From the NCBI GenBank assembly GCA_964016885.1, contig OZ024742.1, forward strand, positions 115,878,001-115,942,000: a DNA stretch of 64,000 bases. The letters are read 5' to 3'. The stretch is from Eledone cirrhosa (taxonomy: Eukaryota). The position numbers and the translations under genes are program-made. The notes under the pieces are model-generated. The model saw only the letters and a list, made by a program, of their open reading frames with translations. It ran no database searches and was not told the DNA's origin. Below are positions 11,732-25,659 of this stretch, one piece after another (the first letter of the stretch is position 1; each line of letters starts with the position of its first letter).

Positions 11732-12014
11732 TATGTATATATGTTTGTATATGTATAGGAATGAATATAGTTACTCATGTAAGCAAGTACGTGTTTTGTA
11801 TTTTACTTGTTTTATGGTCAGGTTGTCGTTATCAGGGTTTTATAGACATATACTATATATCTTTTGTCTGTGGAATAATGAAATTCGAACTATCGATACT
11901 CTATATTGTTAATATAAGATATATCATTGAACATAATCACTTTATCTGATATTGACTGATCACTTGCCTTCACACTTCATCTAATCCATCTCCACATACG
12001 CAAAAGTAATACAA

Positions 12015-12415
12015 ATGGTTTCTTATTTAGGTAGAAGGCAAACAATTAAATCGACCCAAGAGCATTACTGGTGCTTCATTTATCGACCCCGTAAGGATGA
12101 AAGTCAAAGCTACCCGGCGACATTTGAACTCAGAATGGAAAGCACATCGATATATGTCGCAGGGCTTGTTGACCGACGTTCCTCCGATATTGCCAATCCA
12201 ACGCGGTATAGTAATAATTGTTGATACAAACCTAGTAATTTGAAGGGGAGGGAAAAGTTGATTAAATCAACCTCACTTCATTAATGTTGCTTTATATATC
12301 GACGCCGTAACATGAAAGGCGAAGGTAGCCGGAGGGATTTAGACTCAGAACGGAAAGATACGTAACTATATGTCGCAAAGCACGTGATCCGACACTCCAC
12401 TGGTACTGCCAATCC
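12015..12415 (-). mobile_element. Two adjacent tRNA-derived SINE copies
   Basis: TTTATCGACCCCGTAAGGATGAAAG..ATTTGAACTCAGAA at ~12080-12135, and a second diverged copy at ~12225-12415. Confidence 0.75.
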
Positions 12416-12436
12416 AATGACTTATAATAATAATAA

Positions 12437-15240
12437 TGGTTTATTTATCATTGGCCAAAAAGGCCGAACATGGAGGACTTAACAAGGAGGTATACAGTGG
12501 GGGTTTATATACAATCAAGTAAATAAAATAACAAAAACAATTAACAAAAACTATCAACAACAGAGTTCCCTAAGGGAGGAGTACCAACCAGAGTGACGTT
12601 AGGAACACCACAAATCCTAACAGATCTTCCTCTCCAAAAGCATCTTAGGATGGCGCCCCTCTCTCCCTACATCTGTCCAGCCAAAAGTCGCATGTTCAGC
12701 GTCGGCCAATTCACGCGCGCCATCCTCGCAACAATCACGCACCTTTTAAAAAATGTTCTGGGGGAAGCATTTCTCTCTCCACCTTCATCTTCCTTTCCAA
12801 GAGTGACTTGAAAAAGTTGATAAGATATTGACCGAAGAGGAAAGTGTCTTTCTTCAGATCTTTCAGCCGTGTACCCCCATACAACCTTCGCTACAGCTAT
12901 CTGACAGAGGAAAACTACCTGCTCTTCCCCGCCAACAGAAAGTGGTGGGGCGATCTTCACTATGGACTCGGTCGATAGCCGGATCCGTCCCACACGGGAT
13001 AACAGCTGTCCGGCATAACCTCATCAGTTAGCAATACACGGGCACTGGACGAGTGCGAGCAAAACGTTTATATCAATCTACTTGCATCTAAGACAGCTCT
13101 GACTGACATCAATAGTGTGCCTATAGAAACTGTCCATAGTCCCCGCCTCGAAAAAAGACAGGGTAGTTCGTTCTCGTCGACGCCTAGAATCTCTCCGAGA
13201 GCGTCGTTGCATTTACCCACCACTAATCCTCTATAGAACTCCAGAGTGGAGGTTCCACTGAGGGCATTTCCCACTTGGTAGGAAGCAGTGAGTGCCTGGC
13301 AATATTCCAGATGTCAGGCGCCCAGTCTTGGTCTAAACTTGACCAAGGAGTGCAGCTCAGTCAAATAGATGAGCTGCGGAAAGTCCCGTCTCACAAAAGG
13401 TGACCACACCTGATCACTGTTTATTCAGAATATTTGGAGATGCCGCAGCCTCAGCGCAAGTTTACGAATAATTAGCCATGGCATGCCCAGCTATCAGCGT
13501 AGTGGGTGCTGGCAGCAGAAGGACGCCCCCTCACCAACGAAATCTGTACCCTCTGCAAGAAGTTGAAGAGAGGCCGCTCCTTTTTTTGGCGAGGCGAGAA
13601 CGGGGCATGGCACGATGGTCAGGTGGTAATAGATGACGGGCGCGATGTACGCATTCACCACCTCCACCCATACTTTCAGAGAAAGCTTCCTCTCACCCCA
13701 TTTCTGTGTGATAGTGGCTACCATGATCGTAACTTCGTCCCAATTATTATCCAACTGGAGGGCTGTTCCCAACGAAATGCCGATCAACTTTACCAATCCG
13801 TCCGTCCAGCACCCGACGAGTCTCTTGGATGGCATGGGCTTGCTTCTCCAGGTTCCGAGCTGCAAGCCCACTGATATTTCCCAGTTTAGTTTCACTACAG
13901 TCAACTCGAATTCCAAGGTGTAAGACACCATGACGGTGATGCCGTTATCATAAAGCCACCAGCTATTCCGCGTTTCGGTTCGAGCGAGATGCTCTGCAAC
14001 AGTTCCAGCATCCCACGTATTAGGAGAGTCAAACGTACGGAAGGGAGGAGGCAGGGCATCACTGACGGACCTATCGCAAGATCTCAAACGGTTCCGAAAT
14101 GTGGTCTTTAACTTTCACCACCGATCCAGCCTCAGAAGACGGTACCGAAGTCAGCTGCCTTCATAAGAGCATCTAGATATAACCCGCGTCTTTCGTCTAC
14201 TCCCACACTGTCCCAGAGTGCGTCTAAGATGCCATTCCAGTCCCCCGCGTACATTAAAGTGTGAGATTTTCCCAGAAACGCCTAAAGAAATCCGCCCTTT
14301 CCTCATCAGTCAAGAAATAGACGGCGGCCACCAGTCAGAAGCACCAACTTAGCTGCTGCTCACGTCCAGAACCACCAACTTACCGTCTTGGTCCCTGAAA
14401 ATTGTCAGTAACTCGTGATCCAGGTTTTCCTAAAAACAACGGCCACTCCACCGTCCATTCCGGGTCGACTATGAGATACATAGATTATAAAGTTTTCAAG
14501 GATGGGGGCTAGTTCATGCGTGTCGGATAACCTGGTCTCGCTGACAGATGCCACATCCATCGCTAGTGACCTGAGGTCGTTAAGGAATCGGCCTTGCTTC
14601 CAGGCAGACCCTGTTAGAAGATCAATCTCAGCCGGAAAGAACAAAGATATGAAGAGGGTTTCTTTCCTACGGTGAGCTGTGGGAGGTCAGGTGTTGCGAC
14701 CTCGATTTCTGGTTGCTGAGTTTTATGCAGGGAACCTTTTTAAAACACCTACTAGAGTCGTTTACTTTTGGGGTCCCCACGTCGTAGAGGAGGGTCTCAC
14801 TAATGTTCTTTTACGTTTCTAACGGCATTCGAACAAGTAAATATGTTTGGGGCACTTTGACTGTGAAGGTGCTGAACATTCCCACCTCTTTCTCAATGAT
14901 TTGTCTTCGTGTTGCGTCTGCGTTTAGTTCTTTTGGCTCTTTCTCAGCAACACGAAGTTGCCTGTATGTGTTTTTGTCTGTGGTTGTGTATATTTTCGTT
15001 TAATGTTTCGCGTATGTTTCGATGTTGTCGTTGGTGGTAATGTTTTTCTTGACGGTTGTGGTTTAGTGTTGTTGAAATTGTGTCTAGGTTTGCTCTATGT
15101 GTGTTTTGTGTGCTTGTTGCTGTGTGTGAAGATGTGTTTTTCTATTTGTGCTTTCGTTTTAATTCTTGCGATTTTGCTTTTTCCCGTCATCTTCACTTGG
15201 GGATGAGGAGGAACGGACTGCAGCGTAAAATACTCGCAAT
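12437..15240 (-). mobile_element. Tx1/L1-group LINE, decayed and internally deleted
   Basis: APE start (KQGRFLNDLRSLAMDVASVSETRL), post-RT motifs (KLNWEISVGLQLG; WGERKLSLKV..EVVNAYIAPVIYY.LT.VPCP), 3' end TCGGCCTTTTTGGCCAAT..AATAAA + (ATT)n. Confidence 0.8.
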
Positions 15241-15559
15241 GTGACACGTATGTATATTATGCATAAACTTATTTCATATGCTTATATATACTGTACTTTT
15301 CATAATCACGCTATATTAGCACTACTGCTAATTAATTTTAGCCCGTAAATTCCACACTATCTGCAAATGGGCATCCGCAAAAATGTATTATTTACAAAAT
15401 CTATACAAAGGTTTTTAGTTTATTAGCTACATATCATGTCAGTAAACGGTACGGATGTCGAATAAAGATACTGAAATATTAGAATGCGGCATTCTTAGGA
15501 TTATGGAAGTATTTGCGATAGGGTAAATTAAAATATATTCAGCGTGATTTAAATGCTTT

Positions 15560-15733
15560 GCAGCAGCGAGTTAATGTCCTATGCGTTCTGAGTTCAAATC
15601 CCGCTGAGGTTAGCTTTGTCTTTCGCCCTTACGGGATCGATTAAATAAAGTACCAGTGTTGCACTGGGGTCAATTTAATCGGCATTCCCCGCTTCCAAAA
15701 TTGCTGGCCTTGTGCCTACATTAGAAACAATTA
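15560..15733 (+). mobile_element. tRNA-derived SINE
   Basis: GTTCAAATCCCGCTGAGG...GGGATCGATTAAATAAAGTACCAGT...TTGCTGGCCTTGTGCCTACATTAGAAAC. Confidence 0.8.
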
Positions 15734-18700
15734 TACATAAGCGTATTGTATAAGCTTTCATTGACGCCTAGCTATCAGGAAGATCTACTATTTGTAGAGA
15801 TGTGATGAGAGTCGTGTATTTTCTGAAATATTAGACAATTCACTAGCGTTTTGTCAGCTATAGTTCAGCCCCTTGTTATAGTAAAGTTGGATTTGAAAAA
15901 AGATGTGGCTGATATTTCTAGTAGGTTGAGCGACCACGTAGATGCGTCTTCATTAATGGCTGACATCAGCAGTTCGTGTTATATTGAACGAGATCTCTAT
16001 TAGCAAGTCTTCAGTCAATCATTTGGGAATTTAAAATGCACGAAGAGGCATCATCTACTGCATGATGGATCACATTATAGTAATGTTTTCCTATAAGATC
16101 GGTCTAAAAGCAAAAAAATATATAGTAAAAAGAACATTAAACTACTAATAATTAATAAAAATAATAATAATTAATACAGCTACAACAACTTTCTAATAAT
16201 AAAATATTAAATTGATGACGATAACAACTACAACAATGTTCATGTTTTAAATAAGTCTTTGATCTCTTTAAAATGTCAACTATATTGCGATTTCTAAATA
16301 ACGCATCTGTGTTTCTATCGGAAGCAATGTTGATCTCAGAGGAGAAACTGTGCTTTTATTGACTTGTGTGTTTAATTACAATGACGTGGTTGTACTTAAT
16401 TGATTGATTATATGTTCACTTATCTCTCGGTTTATTCCGCGTATGTTATTAATGAAAACTTTATACTGGAGAGAAGGAGAAAAAAGTAAAGAAGCAACAC
16501 CGTACTTCAGTTTCTAATTACATTTGACATGTGAAATAACTTTCTCAAAAAGGATCATTTGCTATCAACTTCAACGATAAATTATTATTAAAATATGTGT
16601 GGTCTGTGTAAGGAAGATAGTATTTACTCAATGCGGCAGTGAGTTTGCTAATGTTTGTGTCTCTGTGTGTTAGTTTGTGTGTGGTGGTGGGTGGGATTAA
16701 ATGCCTTTGCAATCATCTCTGCATGTTGTCCGTGTTTTCAATGTGTATTTATTTGTTTCTGTGCTTTGTGTATATGAGATGCGTGTATGATAGAGATGCG
16801 TGTATGTTTCTATGTGAATGTACATTCATGAGTCTGTGTGTGTTTCTGTTTGAGTGTGAGTGTTTTTCTATGTGGGTGTGCATTCATGTGTGTGTGAATG
16901 ATTGTAAAATTATCTCTGCATGATTTCCGTGTTTTTAACGTGTTTATTTACTCTTTTGCGTGTCGTATGTATATGTGAGGTGTGTATGAGTGGAATGTAT
17001 GTGTGCAGACAACTTTAAACCCCATAATTGTGCTACTGTTTTACTATTTATGGTGGGGTTTTTTCCTAAAGCTGCTACTGTTATCTTATGCTGTATCATT
17101 GTCAGTTTGTTTGTTTAAAATAAATACGGGGGGATGTTGGTGGATCTGCTTTGTTTGCCCTTGTTGTTGCTGGTGGAGCAGGTTGTCGTGGTCATCGTTG
17201 TTATGGTACACGTGGTGTAGTATTACTGCCTCGGATTTTTGTTGTAGTGGTGTTTATAGTAGTTCTGTTGATAATGGTGTTGGTGCTGATGTTTATTTCG
17301 CTACTGGTTTTTGTGTACGTTATTTTTCTGTTATTATTATTGCTGTTGTTGTTCTGGTAGTGGTGTGTGTGGGTGTGGGCGTATTTGTTTGTGCGTATGT
17401 GTATGTATGCATTATTCTTGTTGTTCACTAATGAAAACAGTTCAAAAGAGCCACAGCATGCATAATTAAATATATGTGGGAGGGAGAGTGAGAAAAAAGG
17501 GCAGACACACAGAAAACGTAGAAGAGAGCGTGTAAAAGGGTTAGATAAATTAATACACAAAATGATGTATAGTAAGAGAGATAGAGAGAGTAAGGGGGAG
17601 ACAGAAAGGGAGAGAGAAGATAGAGAGAGAGTAAGAGAGAGAAAGCCAGGCATGTTAAGAGTGAGACGGCGTAATAGAACACAAATACTCGTAGAATGTG
17701 AATACCGTCTAGATTATTAGCCGATGGGGTTGCAGCCAAATTTGTAGATACTTGATTTTGTTGTTGTTTTTTAGATATGTAATACATGTGATAATACGAC
17801 GTTCCAAACCACCATCTTTATACTCGAAAATGTCTTCATATGCCATGTATTAGCCAGTAGTTATATAATTTCAAGCATGTATTCAAAGAAATATTTAAAA
17901 CTACAAAATGTCATCTAATGGTCACAGCATAAATCAACGAATGAAAATGATTCGTGTTCTTACTTTCACTCGTTCTATCGTTCTGAACTGCAAAACCTCA
18001 GGGGGATACTGCTTTACAGTCCCTGTAGGTTGCAAGGAACAACGCTGAAAGAGTCCATTCACCTAAGGGGATTCATACTTGCAGGTGGTCAGCTCCTCCC
18101 CTATAGCAATTCGGTGATAAACCTATTAGAATGCGGCCGGTAATTCAATACATACCGATTCATCGCTGAAGATGAGAGCGAAAGCCGCTGCCTTGAAGAT
18201 AGCGGCGACATAGTGATTTTCTATCTTATCTAAGCTTTTCGTTAATGTTTCTGGCACCCTTATTGACTAATGTTAAGCTTAATTTAGATCGCAAAACTAT
18301 AAGAATTATGACCATGCATAAGGCTATACATAACCAAGATCTAATATAGATATGCTGCACATGTAACGAACAGATGGCGGAGGGGGATTGATAGGAATAT
18401 GTCTGGATTGATAGGCGGATATTTAATTACTTTCTTATGAATGGTAAAGAGCTTATATAATATGCCTTGACAAAATGAGCCTAGAAAAGGTGAAGATGGA
18501 GATTATAGAGGAATTTAAGAGGAGTCTTTCTGCTGAGAATAGCGACAGAATGTGAGAAAGATACGATAAAGGATGAAAGTTCTTGTGATTGGCTCTTAAA
18601 CAGTGATCTAAAAACGGAGAATGAGCAAGCTCTGAGTTCTATATAAGTGACTAAGGGAATAAAAATATGTTCGACTATGTGAAGTCTCGTGCCTGTTGAA

Positions 18701-20194
18701 CAAACATTGTGAGCGCCTGTGAACATCTAATATAAAATGTCTAAACACGTACATAACTATGTAAATATGTGGATTCACTTGTCAAAATATAATAAGTATG
18801 AAGATCGGTGTTCCGGCGTGTTGCACCAGCGTATCTCAAAACGTGTATTTGATGGTACAGACCAACCCAATGTTCTCTTGTACTTCACTATTCAAAGATC
18901 CAAAGACTTGAAAAGAAGTGTTGATATAGTAGTTAGGCACAGAAGTAGTGTGGGTGTCAGATTAATGATGTTACCGTCTCAGAACACCACGAGTTATATT
19001 GCCCTGAAGATTGAATTAGTATGAATATTATCAATAACATTTAACAGCATAAGGATAATTCCAGTATGCATAGGAGATTTGGATTTGATGCCATTAATAC
19101 TGAAGACATACTGCGAAAATAGTCATCGAGACACTAATTGCTCTCCCGCAAACGACTTCTCTGCTGTGGTTGACGGGTCTCTGCACAGCCACTCCGAAGT
19201 ACTGTTTGTCTAAAGTCCTTGATAATTGATAGTTTTTCACTAAGATACAACACCAGCTACTTGCGGAGACGCATTAATTGATTTTATCGAGCCGAGCAAA
19301 TTCCAAGGGTGTAGTATCCTGCATAAAGTGCAAGGGATAAACGTGTGAGGATATCATAATCTATACAGGTTATATAGCCCGCACTATCGGTGTAATGATC
19401 GCAAATATTTGGTTTGAAAAAAAACGGATATCCGCAATCTACCGACATGACGCAAATATATAATTGGTTAATAAACACAGTTGAAAAGATTTTTTTCATA
19501 AATCCCAACGCTCAGAAATGTTACTGACGTGAGACACATACAGGAAGTAGATACTGAAATATCAACTTCACACAAAGAATGGACAGAACAAAACATCACC
19601 ATGGACACAGCTGATACAGGAATGCAAAAACTACAATAGAATAGGATTACAGTCACTTTAACACATCCAATACATATGCAGACACACATATGCACACAAA
19701 CGTGGACTCAAAACACAAGTACAGTCTCCTCTAAACGAACCACATACATGCAGGAATACAAACACAATTTGCAAACTACACTTACGCATTATCATGTTGA
19801 CACACGCGAAGACAAATAAGAAACAAGAGGTGTTGCAAAGTTATATTGTAAAAATTATAGAATTTCTAGCTAAAATATTCAAAAGGCTTCCTGGTAGTTT
19901 AATTAATTGAAATAGCAGGCAATTAAACCTCAAAATTAACCATTCTGTCTTAAAAGCATTCTCTTTGATGAACCTTAAAATACAGTATGGTGGAAGAATA
20001 AAACAGTATATTCGAGATTGGAACAGATTAATAATACTTCCATTCAATCCAGATTTACCGTGTATTAGGCAAAGTCCGTCCCAATCACAAGCGTTCATGA
20101 AATGTGTTTTAATCCCTGTTTCATCGTCGTTAATCGATTGAGAATAAAATACATATCCCGGAAAAACGACACAAATCCTTCGCAGTGTTAACCA

Positions 20195-20345
20195 CCAGCA
20201 AATGTTGGTACCCCTTTTCAACTAATTGTACTGGATCAAAGTAAAATTAAGTGCTTTGCTCAAAAACACCGCATCAGTGGATCACCCAAGCATTGAACCC
20301 ACATCATTATGATCGATTGTCCAACACCTCAATCAGTAGGTTGCA
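20195..20345 (-). mobile_element. Older tRNA-derived SINE of a different family (CORE/Deu-like body)
   Basis: Minus strand GGGTTCAATGC followed by GTGTTTTTGAGCAAAGCACTTAA, resembling the CCTTGGGCAAGxCACTTAA box of ancient SINEs. Confidence 0.5.
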
Positions 20346-20879
20346 CAACTTCGGTATCAAACAAAATCAGCAAGAACAGAAGTTCAGTAAATTGTTTGAA
20401 AATAAATGAACCTAGCAGTAGTCTCTAAGAAAAGGAGGATAAACATTGAGAATGCTTTTGTGAGATTGTGCTGAATACACGATGATTAAAATTGAAATGA
20501 AGACCAAGTAGATGCTGTTAGATTCGTGTGGAAGCGCTCAAGAACTTGTAAGTTCTTTGTAGTTTGATCAAAGGCGTCGATGCGTGTAATGAGGAAATAG
20601 ATGTAACATTAACTTGACGTAAGCGACTAAGCAGATTTACCTTAATTAAAAAGCTGACGGAGTCGATAGTAACGTGTTGTTGGTTATAATGAGCTAAGTT
20701 CAAACGGCAGAACATACAAATTGACCGTATGTATTTTCGTCTGTATATATATATATATATATGTGTGCGTGTGTATATTTGTATGTATTTATATATGTTT
20801 GTAAGAATAGATATATCTATTTGTCTATGTATGTGTACGGACACACACACAAAACAAACACATATATACGTGTGTGTAT

Positions 20880-20926
<47 letters not shown>

Positions 20927-20936
20927 ATGTGTGTGT

Positions 20937-20967
<31 letters not shown>

Positions 20968-23900
20968 GAGAGAAAGACAGAGGGAGTTAGGAGGAGAAAC
21001 AAATTGTTGTGGGTGTGTATATGTGTCTGAATATAAACACAATTGAAGGAATATCAGTGTATGCCTCGATGTAAATATTACGAAATATTTCTTGTATATT
21101 TGGTTGCATACCAAGGTCTTATATCACGTGTAAATAGATGTGCACTTAGCATATCCTGTTCAAAATAAGAAAGGTAAAACATTATTATACAATTTTGAAT
21201 GAATTTAAGCGGTATCCTGCTCACTTACATTATTAACGCACAATAGCATTCATGCCGGTACGAGAGATACGGGGATGAATAATTACAGGTATACAACCTA
21301 TATTCCACACCCATATTTCTAGAACTGTATTGAATTATTATATTCACCGGTCTTACAATGGTCACGTAATAATAGTTCAGGCAAAATCTTTAGGAGACTT
21401 CTGCTGTGTCATAATGACACAGCTTTGTGCAAATACATATTTTGAAGGCGGAAACAAACAGCGTCGCTATATATTAAGTAGTCCGGTGGGTTGCGTGAAG
21501 GTCAAGTATCGGCTGATAATCATATCTAAATTAAAAGCGTCGCCAAACCGTCTGTTGTCGAGAAATCGATGGTGTGCCTTTATATAAAGAGATGGCGTAG
21601 GCATCACTTTGACATGAACATCGCTTCGCAATGAAATTTTTTTAGGGTTCTATCTTTTAAAACAAATATTCGAGAAGGTTTCTATGTACTCAGTTAATGT
21701 AAAGATTGAATATCACATTTTAGGTAATTTTGTTTCGTCGGCAAGTGAGAAATATGAGTAATGTGTCTTATTTTTTCCATATTGGGTGAAACCATCGGAC
21801 AGTAACGGAAGGAGGGAAATAGTGGTGGTAGGTGATATGGGTGCCCAAAACAAACAGAGCTCTGATATTTATGAGATGATATAACAGAAATTAAACTAAA
21901 ATGTCAAAGCAAATCTCGAAGCCAATAAACAAGATTGTTCAGTAGGGAGAAATCTTTCAAGATCAAAAGGTCAAGGATAACAGAAAGTAGCAGAGGATAT
22001 ATGGCTGGACGTGACAGTTGGACAACAAATCATACATACATGCCTAAATACAAACATACATACATACATAAATACATACGTACATACAAACATAAATACG
22101 TACATACTATCAAGCAGACGTGCATGCACATTACGTATATATATATATATATATATATGAGTGTGTGTTTGGGGGGTGGGGCACAACAAAATTAATGTTA
22201 AATATATGTGATATATGTCAGTAACAATCAAAGGCCAGTCTTAAAAATTATAACACAGCACTATCGAGTAAATTCGAACACGTGCCCTTTCTCTTTCATT
22301 CTCGCTCTCTCCCTCTCTCTTTCTCACTCTATACATGTATTTATTTATGTATTTATTTATACATATAAATGAAGACACTAATTAATAGTGGACCACCCAT
22401 TATTTTTTCGGGGAGGGGATTTTAATCTATAGGTTTTATAAAGTACAACCTTCAAATCCGGAATCCCCCGTTGTTCAACACTTTTTGTGTCATCTAATTC
22501 CATTAAGAATAATCCAATTTGTTTTTACGTTATTTTTTAATCTAAAATCACGTTTTCTTTCACATTTATTCTATATTTTTTCTCTTGCAAACCTTATATC
22601 CTACATTACTTCCCCAAATTCTGAGATATAAAAAGGTACGACGGCATTATCTTGCTGATAATATGTGTCAGTTCAAAGTAAAGAAAGAAACAAACAAACA
22701 AACGAAGAAGAAGAAGAAGAATTTATATTGATTACTAATTTAGGCACAAATACGGCAGATTTATCGGGAAGAGTAACTGTAAAGTTGACATCGGTGATTT
22801 TTTAAGTATATAAGGAGCCAGAACAAACACCACATGAGCATATATTTCCACTGAAGCTCTACCAATTCTGCCCGTTCTTAATGAATCACTCATATTAAAA
22901 TAATAAAACTCCATTAGCGATGTGCATAGGGTATGATATTCTGTCGTTGATTTTTTTTTTAATTATTACTCCAGATCGATAAATATATTTAACGCCATTA
23001 TTTATGGTTATATACAATATGTTGATTATGACTGTTATCATAACCAATCGCCTGGGAAGGTGAAAGGCACGTAGCATATCGTAGCTATTGTAATGATAAA
23101 TACACTCTGTCTGAAACTCAAATACAAGATAGTCGCAGCTGAATTATCTTTGATCGTGTGTACGCTTGATATGCCATGGTGATAAACAACAGCAACATAA
23201 GTCATATCATTATTCTGTAGCTTACATCTGTTGTAGCTACTGTAATGTTTAATTGAGTACTAATTGGTATTGAATGTTTTTTTGTTTGGGTTCTTCATTC
23301 TTCAGAAATGGTTTCGGTGTATTATAGACTAACTTAGTCAATCTATTTTATTTCACAGCACATCAGCTGCTAGCATCTGTTCCTTTCTACTTATTCAGTT
23401 TTCTTTGTCGGTGAAAGTTAATATCAATATATTTCTTGCTCCTATTATTTACAATGATAAACCACTTTATATACTGTTCATAATTAGTGATTACACGACG
23501 AATCTAAAAACTTTACAACTCTACAGACACACGGGACGGAATCTCAAGCACATTATTATGTAATTTGTTTAATCTTAGTCTGGAATAGAACAAGATTGGG
23601 CTATAAGCATAGTTGCTTATAGTTCGATGTCATTCGGCGTTTTAAAGTTGATATCTGCTACAGACATCTACTTTAAAATCCACCGTTCTGAGAATGAAAA
23701 GTGAATGGCAACAATATACTGAATTTCATTTAATAAAATCTATACAATCATCTCATAAAACGTGACCTTGTGCTTATCCAAATGAAATTATATTATAATC
23801 ATTTTGCTATTCTCATTGTTTGATCAAAGTTTATGTCCATACGTTATACATAAATTTCAATCTATCTCTAATTTTAGCGTTATTGGTCTAATTTAAAACT

Positions 23901-25255
23901 ACTTATCTCTACCCTCCTCATTTACTATTTATATATTAAAGTCTGTTCATAAAAGATTCACCTGGGCAGAAAAACTGATAAATTTGGTATTTGTGTTCGG
24001 CCGCATCCGGTGTTATACAGCACTGGCTCTTGATTCTCTGCTTTATTTATAGCATCTTAAGACAATTGTTTATGAGACGACTTCACGAACGCAGATGAAT
24101 ATATCATCTTTATGTCCTGAGACCAATAAAATATTTTTTCTGGCAGCAAGGAATGTTTATAAGTCAAGTAGAAAGAAATCAAATATCTTGTCATCTTTTG
24201 GTAGATAAACTAAACTTTATGAGTACTAGTTAGGATTAAAATTAGTCGAGATATATGGAGTTAAATTAAGCTACTAAACTGCAGTAAACTTTTCTTTCAG
24301 TAATGTTTAACATAGAAATAGGCAAACGTTAATTATGTATGAAACGAATATAAAATCAATGTTAACTATACTGAAAAATAATCATGAGTGCGCGAGATTA
24401 TTACATATGTTTTCATATCGCATATATTCTGTTGACGAATCGCCATTTTTAGTTTAATGAATTTAATACGTAACACTATATATCTATTGATTTCTAGCTT
24501 AGAATCAATGCCAGACATTTAGTGGGAGGTTCGACCGTTAAATTATCAGGTAAGTGAAGTCAATTTGCGTGATTGTTAGTGTGCGAAACCAAATGACTCG
24601 CGATATATCTGACTTGTTGCGTTATATGTTCAAATGCTGTTGCAGCGTACTTGTGTATCAATTCAAACTAGGCTTAACTTCACCCTCTCTCCCTTGTTTA
24701 TCGTGAGCGGAGTTAATTTTATTACCAGTGTACGGGCAGATCTCGGGTTTGAGGCTAGCTCCAGTCTCTTGTTGCAAGATAACACAAGACGTTGAGGCCT
24801 TGAAATGTGTAATGAGCAATGCACTTTCCCTGTCTCTATGAAACATTTTCAAATCCATCTGTTTGTTTGCCTTTCTTCTTACTTTTATTGAACTGTAAAA
24901 GTTTAAGAAGAACCAATAGTAGAAGTACGTATATGTTGTATCAACCTCTTAGTTGACACACTGATTATCAACATGATTATCTGCCTTTCAGTATCAACGA
25001 AAATATATTCAAATTTTGATTATCATAATTCATCCCTACTATTGAAATAAATGCGCAAATTGCCAAAAGGATTTAATTTTTGCTCACATTTTTCGATTTA
25101 TCAAAAGTAGTATCACGAATAATAAATCAAATTTACATTTTTATGAAGTTTTCGGTTCACATAATAACATTAAGATTTCTGAATGATAAGTACTCTATTT
25201 GTTTATTAGATGTGTATAGCCGTAAAATATATTTTTACCACGTTCGTCCGGAATG

Positions 25256-25300
<45 letters not shown>

Positions 25301-25659
25301 TACATCTATATATACATATATATAAAGAGAGGGAGAGAGAGAGAGGGATAGATAGAGAGAGAGATAGAGAGATAGACAGAGCGGGAGAGAGAGAGAGAGA
25401 AAGAGAGAGAGATAGAGTGATGATACTAATATTATACATTGAATTCAAGGAAAAACCAAGTTGTATACTCAACCAACTTTTATAATAGGGAAAGGTTATG
25501 ATTCAGAAATATTTATATTTACTATAGTACACAAAATTTAAAAAAACAATGATTGGCTTATATTTGAGTTCATTCTAATAAAAACATCTTTAGGTAAACA
25601 AGTAATAATTCTATATGATGTATGTAAATGTCCGTGGTCATATTGATAATAATTATAAT

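Noticed and set aside
11209-11949. Numerous YIYI/CVCV/LSLS/ERER ORFs here and throughout the window
   Set aside because: They are translations of dinucleotide microsatellites.
16982-17787. Overlapping 120-150-aa ORFs in GT/GA-rich sequence
   Set aside because: Low-complexity, stop-poor DNA with no domain motifs or convincing splice structure.
18165-18212. CTGAAGA...GAAA-GCCGCTG/TAGCGGC hammerhead-like string
   Set aside because: There is no helix II pairing, no UH after helix III and no helix I.
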